From a virus (taxonomy: Duplodnaviria; Caudoviricetes): DNA of 61,380 nucleotides. Both the position numbers and the translations under genes were made by a program. The stretch lies in IMG/VR virus record IMGVR_UViG_3300000271_000007, positions 1 to 61,380 of that record, one strand, 5' to 3'. The notes beneath the pieces were generated by a model. The model was given only the letters and a program-made list of their open reading frames with translations, was not told where the DNA came from and ran no database searches. This document shows, piece by piece, positions 9,317 to 19,637 of this stretch (the first letter of the stretch is position 1; the number at the start of each line of letters is the position of its first letter).

Positions 9317-11161
9317 TCAGAACATGAAAGGCCGGGTGCGCCCGCCGGCGCGGCTGAAAGACTTGGCCGTGGCCGCGCCCACCGAGTCGATGGCGTCCTG
9401 GTACAGCCGGCCGTGGTACTGCGCGAGGCCCGGGTTCGTCCAGGGCTGGTTCGGCATGGCGAAGATCCGCGACAGCGCGCCGTCCACCAGCGCGTCGGCG
9501 TAGTGCTCCCACAGCGAAGCCAGCACGCCCGTCGCGGCCTGCGAGGGCTTGAGCGCCACGTCCAGCACCAGCAGCTGGCCGGCGTCGGGCGCCGGGCTCA
9601 CGCTGAAGGTCGCGCGCGTCGTCGTCCAGGCCACGTCGGCGCTGCTGTTGCACGCGGCCAGATCCTCGCCGCGCTCGGCCTGCACCACGTGCGCACGCTG
9701 GCCGTCGATCCAGTAGGCCAGCAGCTTCGCCAGTGCGCTCTGCGAGTCGGGCAGCGGCATGGTGTAGGTCGTCACGTCGGCCAGCGCCGTCACCGGGTTC
9801 AGCTTCTGCCGCCACGCCAGGGTCTTCTGGAAGAAGTCGATGCAGATGCTGCGCAGGTGCGTCACCACGGACTGGTCCGGGCAGCCGGGCACGTAGGGCA
9901 GCACCTCGTAGATCAGCGACTGGAAGGTCAGGTACTCCAGCGGCACCGTCACCGTCAGCGTGGCCGGCGAACTGGTAACGTTTCCAGCGCCGTTGGTCAC
10001 GGTCACGCTGAAGTCGGTGCCGTTGTCCTCGATGCCGGGGGTGAAGGTGTAACTGTCCGAGGTCGCGCCGGCGATGGCCGCGCCGTTGCGCAGCCACTGG
10101 TAGACCAGCGGCGACGTGCCGGCCGCTACCACGCTGAAGGTCACGGGGCTGCCCACCAGCGACGACTGCGGCGCGGGCTGCGTCGTGATGCTCGGGGCCA
10201 CCGCCAGGGCCGTGACGGTCAGCACCGCGGCGTTGGTCGTGACGCTGCCGGCGCTGTTGCTGGCCGTGCAGGTGAAGACCGCGCCGCTGTCGCCCAGCAC
10301 TGTCGTCAGGCTGTAGGTCAGGCCCGTGGCGCCGCTGATGGCCACGCCGTTGCGGAACCACTGCCGCGTCGGCGTCGGCGTGCCGCTGAAGGCTGCGGTG
10401 AAGGTGGCGAGCGCGCCAGCGGCCACGCTCACGTTCGCGGGCTGCGTGGTGACGGTCGGGGCGATGCCCAGCAGCGTGACGCTGGTGCTCAGGGGGGCGC
10501 TGAAGTTGCCCGCGGCGTCGCGCGCGCGCATTTCCAGGCTGTCGGTGCTGGCCGGCGTGCGGCCGGCGAAGTTCGCCACCCGGCCGCCGCTTGCGATGTC
10601 GGTCCACGCGCCGCTGCCGCCCAGACGCCACTGGTAGCCGGTCACGCCCACGGCGTCGCTGGCCGGCGGGCAGGTGGCGGTGTAGCTGGTCGAGGTCAGC
10701 GCCGAGATGGCGATGCTGCCGGTCAGGCTCGGGCTGGTGACGTCGGTGGCGCCGATCACCGCACCGCCGGTGACGCTGTTGTCGGTGAAGACCGCGGCGC
10801 CGACGGTCCAGGCGCTGTCGGCTTGGCCCGTGCGCTTGGCCCGCACGCGCGGGGTGTACTGCGTGACGACGGTGAGGCCGGTGGCCGCGAAGGACGCGAC
10901 ACCTGCGCCGGTCGGGTTGGTGGCGCCTGCCGCTGCGACCCACGTGCCGCTGCCGGTGGGGTTCTCCAGTTGCACGTCGAAGCCGGTGGGCACACTGCCG
11001 CCGGCGCCGGGCACCCACTCGATCAGCAGCGTGGTCCCGCCCGTGGCCGATGCACTGACGGACGCGGGCGCCGACGCGGGGCTGTCGGGCGTCTCGACGT
11101 CAGGCAGCGCCCAGGCAGCAGCGCCGCCGCCGGCATCGGTCAGGAACCACTCGGCGGCCAT
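9317..11161 (-). CDS. FN3/Ig-domain protein fused to a C-terminal head-tail adaptor-like domain
   Basis: FN3 motifs (DAVGVTGY, RARDAAGNFS), two Ig repeats (PxITTQP...YQW..NG..I.GAT), C-terminal VLPYVPGCPD...GALSRIFAMPNQPWTNP. Confidence 0.75.
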   Translation of the reverse strand: MAAEWFLTDAGGGAAAWALPDVETPDSPASAPASVSASATGGTTLLIEWVPGAGGSVPTGFDVQLENPTGSGTWVAAAGATNPTGAGVASFAATGLTVVTQYTPRVRAKRTGQADSAWTVGAAVFTDNSVTGGAVIGATDVTSPSLTGSIAISALTSTSYTATCPPASDAVGVTGYQWRLGGSGAWTDIASGGRVANFAGRTPASTDSLEMRARDAAGNFSAPLSTSVTLLGIAPTVTTQPANVSVAAGALATFTAAFSGTPTPTRQWFRNGVAISGATGLTYSLTTVLGDSGAVFTCTASNSAGSVTTNAAVLTVTALAVAPSITTQPAPQSSLVGSPVTFSVVAAGTSPLVYQWLRNGAAIAGATSDSYTFTPGIEDNGTDFSVTVTNGAGNVTSSPATLTVTVPLEYLTFQSLIYEVLPYVPGCPDQSVVTHLRSICIDFFQKTLAWRQKLNPVTALADVTTYTMPLPDSQSALAKLLAYWIDGQRAHVVQAERGEDLAACNSSADVAWTTTRATFSVSPAPDAGQLLVLDVALKPSQAATGVLASLWEHYADALVDGALSRIFAMPNQPWTNPGLAQYHGRLYQDAIDSVGAATAKSFSRAGGRTRPFMF

Positions 11162-12633
11162 TACGCGCAGGCTCCGATGTAGTAGGCCATGCGCCGTGTC
11201 GCCGCCTGGCTGCCGCCGGTGGCCGTGCCGTCGCTGTTGGTCACCACCACGCAGGCCAGATCGCCCACGCGCTTCGTGGTCACGCCCGCGATGCTCACGG
11301 TGCAGACGTCGCTGGCGTTCGTGGACTCGGCCGCGCCCTTGGCGATGGGCGCCACCCAGGCGTCAGGCGTCAGGCCCTCGAACACCGCCCATTTCAGGCC
11401 GGTCAGGCTGGTGGCGCCGGTGATCGTGAAGGTGATCGTCGTGGCCAGCGGCTGCAGCACCGTCAGCGTGGCCTGGTTCGAGGTGGCCGGCGGGCTCGTG
11501 TCGCCCGTCACCACGCAGCGGTACTTGTCGCCGTTGTTGGCGCTGCCGCCGCTGATGCTGGTGGCCGGCGTGGTGTAACTCGCGCTGGTGGCGCCGCTGA
11601 TGTCCGCGAACCCGCCGCCGGCCGCCGGCTCGCGCTGCCACTGGTAGGTCAGCGTGCCCGAGCCGGTGGCAGCAACCGTGAAGCCCGCCGTGCTGCCCAC
11701 GGTCACGCTGGCGTTGCTGGGCTGGGTCGTGATGCTCGGCGCGGTGCCGGCGGCGTTGACCGTCAGCGCCACGTCGTTGGACAGCACCGTGCCGCCCGAC
11801 CAGTCCACGGCCAGCCGCACGCGGTCGGTGTTGTTCCAGCTGCCGCCGGTCACGCTCGTTGCGCCCGTGGTCAGGGTGCTCGACGTCGCGCCGCTCACGT
11901 CGGCCCACGCGCCTGCGCCGGCCGCCTGCCGCTGCCAGCGCAGGCCGGTGAACGTGCCACCCACCGATGCGGTGAAGGTGGCTGCCGTCGGGGCCGTGAC
12001 GGTCTGCGCGGTGGGCTGCGCGTCGATGGTCGGGGCGGTGGCCGATGTCAGGTTCCCGCCTTCCCAGTTGTCGCCGTAAGCAGCCGCCGTGACAGATGCC
12101 CCCGGCTTGCCAGTTGTGATGCTGCTGTCGGTCTGCGTGAAGCTGCCGCCAAGCGCCGTGCCGTTCTTCAGCAGGCGGATCGTCGTGCCCTCGGCTTCAA
12201 GCTCAATGAGGTCGTTGTCCGCCCATGCTGCCGCAGCGCTGTGCAGGAGCGTGCGCGTGCCACTGACCCACTTGGCAAGCTCCGTCGTAGGAGTCGTGGC
12301 GCTGTCCAGCCGAATGACGGCCTCGTAGTAGCTCCGCGTGCCTTCGTTGCCAGAAGACCGCACAGTGACGCCAGCGCGCGAGGTGCCGCCAGTGACACTT
12401 GCCGCAGTTGGCAGCGCCATGCTGGCGTACTGGTCATCGGTGAACGTGCCCGCACCAGCCCACACGACAGTGGGCAGTTGGTCGGTAGGCTGCGAACTGA
12501 ACTGCCCAACGATGCGCGTTGACGAGTCAATGGAGACGTCGCCCGCGTTGCCGGTGTTCTGCTGCGTCCAGTTTGAGCCGATGGCCGGCCCGGCACGGTC
12601 GAAGTTGTCCGATGCGATGAGGGTGCGCGGCAT
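11161..12633 (-). CDS. Ig-domain virion surface protein
   Basis: Lectin-like beta N-terminus (SDNFDRA) plus two Ig repeats. Confidence 0.75.
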   Translation of the reverse strand: MPRTLIASDNFDRAGPAIGSNWTQQNTGNAGDVSIDSSTRIVGQFSSQPTDQLPTVVWAGAGTFTDDQYASMALPTAASVTGGTSRAGVTVRSSGNEGTRSYYEAVIRLDSATTPTTELAKWVSGTRTLLHSAAAAWADNDLIELEAEGTTIRLLKNGTALGGSFTQTDSSITTGKPGASVTAAAYGDNWEGGNLTSATAPTIDAQPTAQTVTAPTAATFTASVGGTFTGLRWQRQAAGAGAWADVSGATSSTLTTGATSVTGGSWNNTDRVRLAVDWSGGTVLSNDVALTVNAAGTAPSITTQPSNASVTVGSTAGFTVAATGSGTLTYQWQREPAAGGGFADISGATSASYTTPATSISGGSANNGDKYRCVVTGDTSPPATSNQATLTVLQPLATTITFTITGATSLTGLKWAVFEGLTPDAWVAPIAKGAAESTNASDVCTVSIAGVTTKRVGDLACVVVTNSDGTATGGSQAATRRMAYYIGACA

Positions 12634-12636
12634 GGC

Positions 12637-15600
12637 TCAGACCTTGAAGAAGTACCCTGCCTCGCCGGCAGAGTTGAAGACCACGAACACGCCCGCGTTC
12701 GCCCACCATGCGAAGCGGCCGAAGGTGCCGTTGGGCGCTGCGGCCGAGGGCGTCACGGCGTTGCCTGGGTCTACCGACAGGAAGCCGATCGTCCAGCCGC
12801 CGGTGCGCGGGTTGGCGCCTGGCGTGAACGTCGTGATGCGCGTGCGGTCGGTGGTGTTGTCCCAGGCGCAGAAGCAGCCGAGCGCCGGCACCCACACGGG
12901 CTGGCATCGACCGGGCTCCAGGCCGCCGCTCACCGTGCCAGTGAAGGTCGGGAAGTAGTACGTGCCGTCTGCGCAGTCGAAGACGCACCAGCCGCCGGTG
13001 ACGCTCTGCCCCTGGTCGCTATCACCGTTGCCGACCAGCAGGTAGTCGCCGCTGGGGTGGGCCGCGAGGCTGCACTGCCCGTTCCAGGCCTGCACCACGC
13101 CGACGTCGGCGCGCGTGTCCGCTGCGACGTCGTGGCGCTGGATCACGCTGGTGCCCAGGCGGCGCATCCAGACGCTGCCCTGCGTGCCGCGCGTGCCGTC
13201 GAAGCACGCGGCGATGCCGGTGCCGCTGCCGCTGTTGGTGTCCGCACTGCTGAGCACCGACGACCCATCGCTGCGATTGAAGAAGATCAGCGCGCTGCTG
13301 CCGTGGCCGCCGTCCGTCGAGCGCGACGACAGGCCGGCCATCACCGGCCCGACCCCAGGCACCCATACGGCAGCGTTGTAGACGTGCGTGCTGCGGAGCC
13401 TGCCGTCGCTGTAGGCGGTCGCGGTGCCTGCGCTGTAGCTGCCCAAGTTCGAGGGCTCGCTGACGCGCGCCCATGCGGGGGACGCGACGCCAAGCAAGCG
13501 CCGGTAAAACTCGTTGCCGAAGTAGTCGCCGTGCCCGCCACCGAAGGTGCACTGTTCGCCAGTCTCCGGATCCAGCCACGCCGAGCCCCACGCGGTCACG
13601 ATGGCAGGCTGGCCGCTGCTGCCTGTGTACGCAGCCGTGCGCCCCGGATCGGGGTCAACGGCCGAGAGCGCAGTGCCGGGGATCACGCCCCAGGTGCCTG
13701 CCGCCTGCGCCGTCACCCACGCGGGCACGTTGGACTTGTCGCCAGCCTCGGCACTGGCGCGGCCGGTGATGACCGCGCCGATGTCCGGCGTAGCGCCGCT
13801 GAAGCCGTCGGTGATGCCAGGCAGCGCGACGCCAGCGTTGCGCAGGCTGACGCCACCGGCCAGGGTCCAGTCCATCGAGCCGGTGAACTCGGTGGTGTAG
13901 TCGGCCCCCAGGGTGATCGTCGCGGCGAAGGGGTTCTCAATCGTGGCGACGTCGTTCGCCATGCGCGGCGCGTTGGCCGCCTTGGCGGCCGTCAGCCCGT
14001 TCTGCGTGCCGTACTCGCTGCCGAGCGTGATGTTCCGACCGGTGGCCGGGTAGATCGCGTTGTAGTTCCAGTCGAGCCCCGGCATCGAGCAGTCCCAACG
14101 CACCACGTCGCCCGTGCCGCGGTAGACGATGGCGTTGTTGCGCACGGTCCAATTGGTGTTCACCGGCCCGCTGCCTGCCGCGTAGAAGTTGTGCGGGTCG
14201 GTGGGGTAGCCAACCCCCGTCGTGCGCAAGAAGGTGTTTGACCAGATGGCGACGTTCTGGCTCTCGCTCGTGGGCTTGATCGGGCCGCGCGTCGTGTTGC
14301 CCACGCGGTTGCGGAAGAAGTAGATCGGGCCGCCGTAGATGCCGTCGACGCTCAACCCGGTGCCGGCGTTCTTCACGTAGCAGTCGTAGGCCGCGCAGTT
14401 GCCCGCCGACTCGTCCATCTCCGCCAGGTCATCGCCCGTGCGGTCGCAGGCGACGCGGTACATGAAGCACGCCGCGGTGTAGACGTCGCCGGTGGTGCCG
14501 TTGCCGAGCTTCCAGACGTCGCCGTGGCCGGTGATGCTGCTGTCGAAGAAGCAGTTGCCCGTGCCGGGGCCGCTCACGCCGTCGTCGTTCCAGGTGTAGT
14601 TGGGCTGGCCTGACGCGGGGTTGATCTCGTAGGTCTTGGCCCAGGTGTTGCTGCCGACGATCGTGCAGTTGTAGACCAGGCGGCCAATGACGGGCTCGAA
14701 GGCCTTGCAGAAGCGGTCGAAGCCGGTGGCCGTGATGTTGCGAATCGTCGCGTTGGTCTGAGGCGTGCTCAGGCCCGTGCTGAAGATGATCGCGGCGCTG
14801 CTGGCTGCGGTGCCGCTGTCGGTGCCGCTGCCCTGCAGGGTCAGGTTCTCCAGCACCACATGCGAGGCCGCCCAGGTCACAGCCGTGCCGGTCGGGGCGC
14901 TGACGATGACGCCCTCGCGCGACGCGCCGCGGATGTAGATCGGTGAGCCGGTCGTGCCGCTGCGGGCCTCGGCCAGCGTGAAGGGGGCGTAGGTGCCAGC
15001 GGCAAGCTCCAGCACGTCGCCCGGCACCAGATCCGCCAGCTCCGCGGACAGGGTGGCTGGCGTGGCCGTCTTGTTCGGCGCGCCGGCAGCCGCAGGCAGC
15101 GCGCGGGTGGCTCGCGTGCCGGTCACGGTGACCACGGGCTGGCCGGGCTCGGTCACGGTCAGCCGCACGTCGTACGTCACGCCGCGCGACAGGCCGAAGA
15201 TGCAGCCCGCGTAGGCGTCCACGATGCCGGCTGGTGCGCCGCCAGGCAGCGTCGCCGCGGTGACCTTGAACAAGTTGCCTGCAGAGAGCCACGTGCTGCT
15301 GGCCGGCAGCTTGTACTCGGCCAGGACCGTGGTGCCCGATGCTACCGCGCGCGTGAGCGATGCCCGAATGCTGATCTGCTCGGGCGTCTGGGCGTCGAAG
15401 GCCAAAGTCAGGGGTGCCGAGGCGCTGCTGCTGGTGAAGTTCGCCGGCGTGCCGTTGTTGCTCAGGCCGCTGCCGTTGGTCATGGTCACGACACTGGTGC
15501 CGCTCGTGCTCCGCGTCAGGGTCGTGGTCTGCGCTGCCGTGCTGCCGCTGGTGAACGACAGCGAAGTGCTTCCGAGCACGCCGCCGTTGCTGGCCGCCAG

Positions 15601-16146
15601 GGTCACGGACACGCCACCCGACGGGATCGGGCCGTTCGGCGTCACCGTCACCGTCACTGGTGTACCGTTGGTGCCGCTGCTGGGCACGCTTAGGCTGAAG
15701 GCCGTGGCGCTGGAGCCCGTCACCGGCAGCGCGGGGTTGGCGCTGATGGTGACGCGGCCCAGCACCGAGTCGGACAGGTTGGTGCGCGCGGTCGCGGTCA
15801 CGCCGCCGCCGGCCGCCGGCATCACGAGGTCGGCGCTGGCCGGGCTCACGGCCGCGGTCATGCTGAAGATGTCGGTGCTGCCTGCGCGGAAGGTGAACAC
15901 CGTGGGCGCGCCGGTGCTGCTGACCGTGCGCGCGATGAGGCTGCCCAGCGTCATGCCGCGCGGCGTGGCGCTGTTGAGCACCCAGGGGCCATAGGTGCCC
16001 ACGTCGCGCAACGTGGCGCCGTTGAGCGCACGCACCGTCACGTCGCCACCGGTCCACGGAGCGATCAGCGCCGCGCGCTGAGCTTCCTGCGTCGTGGCCG
16101 CAGCCACGTTCGCCGCGACGGTGGGGTCGTGGATCGTGAGCGCCAT
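12637..16146 (-). CDS. Large surface protein with pectate-lyase-like beta-helix and propeller-like C-terminus
   Basis: LVPGDVLELAAGTY...PIYIRG, Asn/Gly beta-helix repeats, PDIGA end motif, FGGGHGDYFGNE. Confidence 0.7.
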   Translation of the reverse strand: MALTIHDPTVAANVAAATTQEAQRAALIAPWTGGDVTVRALNGATLRDVGTYGPWVLNSATPRGMTLGSLIARTVSSTGAPTVFTFRAGSTDIFSMTAAVSPASADLVMPAAGGGVTATARTNLSDSVLGRVTISANPALPVTGSSATAFSLSVPSSGTNGTPVTVTVTPNGPIPSGGVSVTLAASNGGVLGSTSLSFTSGSTAAQTTTLTRSTSGTSVVTMTNGSGLSNNGTPANFTSSSASAPLTLAFDAQTPEQISIRASLTRAVASGTTVLAEYKLPASSTWLSAGNLFKVTAATLPGGAPAGIVDAYAGCIFGLSRGVTYDVRLTVTEPGQPVVTVTGTRATRALPAAAGAPNKTATPATLSAELADLVPGDVLELAAGTYAPFTLAEARSGTTGSPIYIRGASREGVIVSAPTGTAVTWAASHVVLENLTLQGSGTDSGTAASSAAIIFSTGLSTPQTNATIRNITATGFDRFCKAFEPVIGRLVYNCTIVGSNTWAKTYEINPASGQPNYTWNDDGVSGPGTGNCFFDSSITGHGDVWKLGNGTTGDVYTAACFMYRVACDRTGDDLAEMDESAGNCAAYDCYVKNAGTGLSVDGIYGGPIYFFRNRVGNTTRGPIKPTSESQNVAIWSNTFLRTTGVGYPTDPHNFYAAGSGPVNTNWTVRNNAIVYRGTGDVVRWDCSMPGLDWNYNAIYPATGRNITLGSEYGTQNGLTAAKAANAPRMANDVATIENPFAATITLGADYTTEFTGSMDWTLAGGVSLRNAGVALPGITDGFSGATPDIGAVITGRASAEAGDKSNVPAWVTAQAAGTWGVIPGTALSAVDPDPGRTAAYTGSSGQPAIVTAWGSAWLDPETGEQCTFGGGHGDYFGNEFYRRLLGVASPAWARVSEPSNLGSYSAGTATAYSDGRLRSTHVYNAAVWVPGVGPVMAGLSSRSTDGGHGSSALIFFNRSDGSSVLSSADTNSGSGTGIAACFDGTRGTQGSVWMRRLGTSVIQRHDVAADTRADVGVVQAWNGQCSLAAHPSGDYLLVGNGDSDQGQSVTGGWCVFDCADGTYYFPTFTGTVSGGLEPGRCQPVWVPALGCFCAWDNTTDRTRITTFTPGANPRTGGWTIGFLSVDPGNAVTPSAAAPNGTFGRFAWWANAGVFVVFNSAGEAGYFFKV

Positions 16147-16160
16147 GTCTCAGGCGCCCG

Positions 16161-16937
16161 TCAGGAGGTCGAGATGCCCGGCAGCACGGTCAGGTTCGGG
16201 TTGTTGCCCGTCACTGCCTGCACCTTGGCGTTCAGCGACGCCAAGAACCGGTTCGTGTGCAGCTGGATGGCCGCCTTCTCGGCGTACTTGGTGTCCTTCA
16301 TGTTGGCGCGCGCCACCACGTAGTCCACGAGGTCGTCCACGAACTCGTCGTCCACGCTGATCGTGGTCGTGCTCACGCCGTCCACCTTGTAGGCTTCCAG
16401 CGGCGGCTCGGCCACGTTCGGGATGGCGATGGGCGCCGCGGTGTAGCTGATGTCGATCCACACGTCGGTGGCCGGCGGCACGCCCGGCGTCACGTGGAAG
16501 TAGCGCGGGGTCTGCGGGTCGAAGATGACCGACGCGACGACGGCCGACGTGCGCGTGTGCCAGTCGGGGTCGGTGTTGTCCAGCACGTCGCGCTCGACCA
16601 TGCGGATGGCGCGGCCCGGCGTGGTGCCGTTGGCGCCCATGTTCCGGTGCGGGGCCAGGAACTGCGTGCCGTTGATGGCCGTGGCCGGCGTGCTGCCGTC
16701 ACCCGGCTTGCAACTCAGCGCCGGGATGCTGGCGATGCTCTGCCGCGTGCCCGGGACCAGCTTGATCGCGTCCATGCGCGAGCACGCCAGCGGCAGGTAC
16801 TTGGTGATCGCCACCTGCGCGTCGTTGAGCCAGTGGATGATCTCGCGCTCGCTCCACAACTGGAACTGCGGCGCGGTGTCCTTCAGGATCACGGCGATGC
16901 GCCACACCACATCCTTGACCTTCAGTGTCGCGGCCAT
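16161..16937 (-). CDS. Head-tail adaptor protein (DUF6682-like)
   Basis: WSEREIIHWLNDAQ...LVPGTRQ...LVDYVVARANMKD pattern; follows capsid genes. Confidence 0.75.
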   Translation of the reverse strand: MAATLKVKDVVWRIAVILKDTAPQFQLWSEREIIHWLNDAQVAITKYLPLACSRMDAIKLVPGTRQSIASIPALSCKPGDGSTPATAINGTQFLAPHRNMGANGTTPGRAIRMVERDVLDNTDPDWHTRTSAVVASVIFDPQTPRYFHVTPGVPPATDVWIDISYTAAPIAIPNVAEPPLEAYKVDGVSTTTISVDDEFVDDLVDYVVARANMKDTKYAEKAAIQLHTNRFLASLNAKVQAVTGNNPNLTVLPGISTS

Positions 16938-16949
16938 GCCGGCGCTCCT

Positions 16950-17279
16950 TTACAGGCTCTCGATGACGCTGTGGACCATCAGCACGCAGTTGGCCTTGAG
17001 CCGGTCCACGGACAGTTCGGCCGCGTCGCGCTTGCTCACGCCCACCTGCAGCGCGTACTGGCGCAGTTCGTCCTCGCCCATCAGCTGGATGTTTCGGTGC
17101 CGCTGCAGCGGGTCGCGCGAAGGCGTCGCAGCCGCAGCAGCCACCATCGGCGGCAGTGCGGGCGGCGCGCCCGGAATGGAAACGCTTCCACTTGCCGGGC
17201 TGGCCTCGGCTTGCTGCGCGCGCTTGGCGCCGGCCTTCGGGCCGGGCTTGCGCCGCGCGACGGGCTGCGCGGCGGCCAT
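16950..17279 (-). CDS. Hypothetical protein
   Basis: MAAAQPVARRK start coupled to upstream stop. Confidence 0.6.
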   Translation of the reverse strand: MAAAQPVARRKPGPKAGAKRAQQAEASPASGSVSIPGAPPALPPMVAAAAATPSRDPLQRHRNIQLMGEDELRQYALQVGVSKRDAAELSVDRLKANCVLMVHSVIESL

Positions 17280-17770
17280 CACACGCCGTTGACGGCCGGG
17301 CGGCACAGCAGCGTGAAGCGCACGGTGGCGCCCACGGTCGGCACGCTCACCGTCGAGGCGACGAAGCCGACGCTGCGGTTGTACTGCACGCCGTTGCCAG
17401 CGTCGTAGGCCGGGGCCACGCGGCCACCGCCGGCGACTGCCATGCGCTTGATGCCCGCGGTCTGGAAGGCCTGCGCCGCCATGAACTCGGCACCGCACGC
17501 GCGCGCCGCGCCTGCCAGGTTGAGCGCCGCGTCGTACAGGCCGGTGACGATGCCGACGTCCGAGGTCACCGTGGTGCCCATCGCGGCGTTGTCCACGATC
17601 AGGTCCACCGGCACGTAGCCGGCGGGCAGCGGGCACATCTCGACGACATCGCCGGAAGCGAAGCCGGCCGGCACCTCGAAGTCGCCGAAGATCGGGATGA
17701 CTTCGATGCCGCGGTCGGCGGTGGGGATCGGCGCATTCGCCGCGATCTGCTTGCTCTTGAACAGGGCCAT
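17279..17770 (-). CDS. Capsid decoration / minor virion protein
   Basis: 163 aa beta-rich, directly after major capsid gene; GAGG RBS. Confidence 0.65.
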   Translation of the reverse strand: MALFKSKQIAANAPIPTADRGIEVIPIFGDFEVPAGFASGDVVEMCPLPAGYVPVDLIVDNAAMGTTVTSDVGIVTGLYDAALNLAGAARACGAEFMAAQAFQTAGIKRMAVAGGGRVAPAYDAGNGVQYNRSVGFVASTVSVPTVGATVRFTLLCRPAVNGV

Positions 17771-17826
17771 GATGGTTCCTCTGTGAAGTGGTCAGGAGCC
17801 CAGGCCGTTGCCGGCCCGGGGGTCCA

Positions 17827-18936
17827 TCAGGTCGCGGCGGTGAAGGCCACGTCGTTGGCGATCAGCCCGAAGTCCAGGCCGTTGAACTGGCACTTGTCGA
17901 AGCCGGCGATCATTCGCACGATGACCACGCCTTCCTCGCCGTAGTCCTCGTCGGCTTCCATCAGCTCGAAGCGCACGTTGTCGCGCTGGGTGCGCGTGCC
18001 GTAGGCCACGGCCACCGCGTTGGCGCCCAGGAACAGGTTGCGTGCGGCGTTGACCGAGCCGGCGCCGTAGTCGTTGAACTTCACGCAGGTCTGCGTCTCG
18101 TCCACCAGCGCGCCGTTGATGTAGATCGCGCCGGCCTTGAACAGCGGGCTGTCGGCGCCCACGCTCGTGACCTTGGCCTTCTCGTAGGCCAGCCAGCCGG
18201 CTTCACCCGTCTCGCGCCGCAGGTCGTACATCGACTCCGGGCAGGCGAGGTAGATGAAGTGCTTGCCGCCGTTCACCTGGATCTGCTCCATCTTGACGGC
18301 CTTGTCGGGCTGGCCGCCGATCTGGCGCTTGGCGCGCAGCACCAGCTTCTCGATGACGTTCACGCCGAGCTTGTCGGTCGCCGTCAGGTCGGCCTTGGCG
18401 GCACGGGTGCCGTCCCAGGTCATCAGGTGCTGCGAGTCCGGGGCGCGGAACGTGTTCGGGAAGCCGGTGTAGCCCAGCGGGTAGTGCTGGATCTCGTCGC
18501 CCACGCCGCGCGAGCCGGCGGCGGTCATGGTCAGCTGCTCGTCGAGCACTTCGGCCATGTAGTCGGAGAGGCGGTCACGGGCCTGCTCGGGGATCGACCA
18601 GTTCACGCGCTTCTGGTCCATGACGTCGCCGACGTTCACCGCTTGGCGGTGCTTGTCGATGCGCATCTTGTGGGTCGCCGACTGCAGCCGCATGATGCGG
18701 CCGGCCAGCTTCTCCTGGCCTTCCACGGGCTTGCCGCGGAGCTTGGCGATCAGCGTGGTGGTCACCTCGTCGCCCGGCTTGGTTTCCAGGTCGGTCTTGG
18801 TGACGACGGGCATGTAGGTGCCCTCGCGGCCGGTCATCTTCGCGAAGTACTGCTTCTTCGTCGAGTCGAGGGCCACTTTCGTGGACCACACCTTCAGTGC
18901 GGTCGGGTCGGTGGGTAGCACAGTGGTGCGAGCCAT
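17827..18936 (-). CDS. Major capsid protein, N4-gp56 / DUF4043 family
   Basis: KTDLETKPGDEVTTTL, RIDKHRQAV, ARNLFLGANA, DFGLI motifs; AGGAG RBS. Confidence 0.9.
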   Translation of the reverse strand: MARTTVLPTDPTALKVWSTKVALDSTKKQYFAKMTGREGTYMPVVTKTDLETKPGDEVTTTLIAKLRGKPVEGQEKLAGRIMRLQSATHKMRIDKHRQAVNVGDVMDQKRVNWSIPEQARDRLSDYMAEVLDEQLTMTAAGSRGVGDEIQHYPLGYTGFPNTFRAPDSQHLMTWDGTRAAKADLTATDKLGVNVIEKLVLRAKRQIGGQPDKAVKMEQIQVNGGKHFIYLACPESMYDLRRETGEAGWLAYEKAKVTSVGADSPLFKAGAIYINGALVDETQTCVKFNDYGAGSVNAARNLFLGANAVAVAYGTRTQRDNVRFELMEADEDYGEEGVVIVRMIAGFDKCQFNGLDFGLIANDVAFTAAT

Positions 18937-19005
18937 GAGAATCTCCTGAGAGAAGTCATGGAGCACTCCTGCGCCCCGGTCGGGTAATGACCAGCACTCC
19001 GCTGG
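18937..19005 (-). promoter_or_regulatory. Capsid leader with three GGA(G) motifs, CsrA-type sites
   Basis: CCAGC-GGAGT-GCTGG hairpin, GCAGGAGTGC and TCAGGAGA (RBS). Confidence 0.55.
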
Positions 19006-19020
19006 CTTGTTGAACTCTTA

Positions 19021-19044
19021 CATGCCTTTTGCGGTTGTCAAACC
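19021..19044 (-). promoter_or_regulatory. Putative late promoter motif GGTTTGACW-N9-SGCATG, copy 1
   Basis: Same spaced motif at 19614-19637 and 26269-26292. Confidence 0.55.
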
Positions 19045-19045
19045 A

Positions 19046-19543
19046 CTACAGGGTGCAGCCAGCATGGAGCCTTCGTTTTGCGTCCAAGTAGGCGGCTCTG
19101 GCGTCTTCCTCTCGGTCGAATAGGCCAAGCCGAATCGGCACGCCGTCCACCTTGATCCTGGCATCGAACTTCTTGTCGCCCTTGTGCCAGCTGTAGCCCT
19201 TGCAGGATCGACGGTTCTCGGAGTTCGTCTTGTGCGAGGCCAGTCGCAGGTTTGAGGGCCTGTTGTCCCTCTTGTCGCCATTGATGTGGTCGATAAGAGA
19301 GCCTGCGTGGTCGCCATTGGCGAGCAACCACACAATCCGGTGGACCAAGTAGGGCCGTCCGTCCAACTTGACTTGGATGTAGCCGTTGCTTGTTGGCGCA
19401 CCCGCGATTCCAAGGGCGTTCTTGCAACGCCACGTGGGGCTCTTCCAAGTCAAGACGCCTGTTTCCGCGTCAAGACGTAGTAGCTCGTTTGCGCGATCAA
19501 ACGAGATCGGCGGAGCCTTTCGGGATAGCATGTTGGCAGCCAT
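19046..19543 (-). CDS. Free-standing HNH homing endonuclease with AP2-like C-terminus
   Basis: HRIVW...IDHINGDKRDNRPSNLR; LGLFDREEDARAAY; lower GC. Confidence 0.9.
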   Translation of the reverse strand: MAANMLSRKAPPISFDRANELLRLDAETGVLTWKSPTWRCKNALGIAGAPTSNGYIQVKLDGRPYLVHRIVWLLANGDHAGSLIDHINGDKRDNRPSNLRLASHKTNSENRRSCKGYSWHKGDKKFDARIKVDGVPIRLGLFDREEDARAAYLDAKRRLHAGCTL

Positions 19544-19613
19544 AAAGCACGTCCTTGCTTGTTGGTCAGATGCCCCGTCAAGACTGCAATCTTGCGGGGC
19601 CTCGTCTTTGTCT

Positions 19614-19637
19614 CATGCCGATTGGCTATGTCAAACC
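19614..19637 (-). promoter_or_regulatory. Putative late promoter motif, copy 2
   Basis: GGTTTGACATAGCCAATCGGCATG. Confidence 0.5.
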
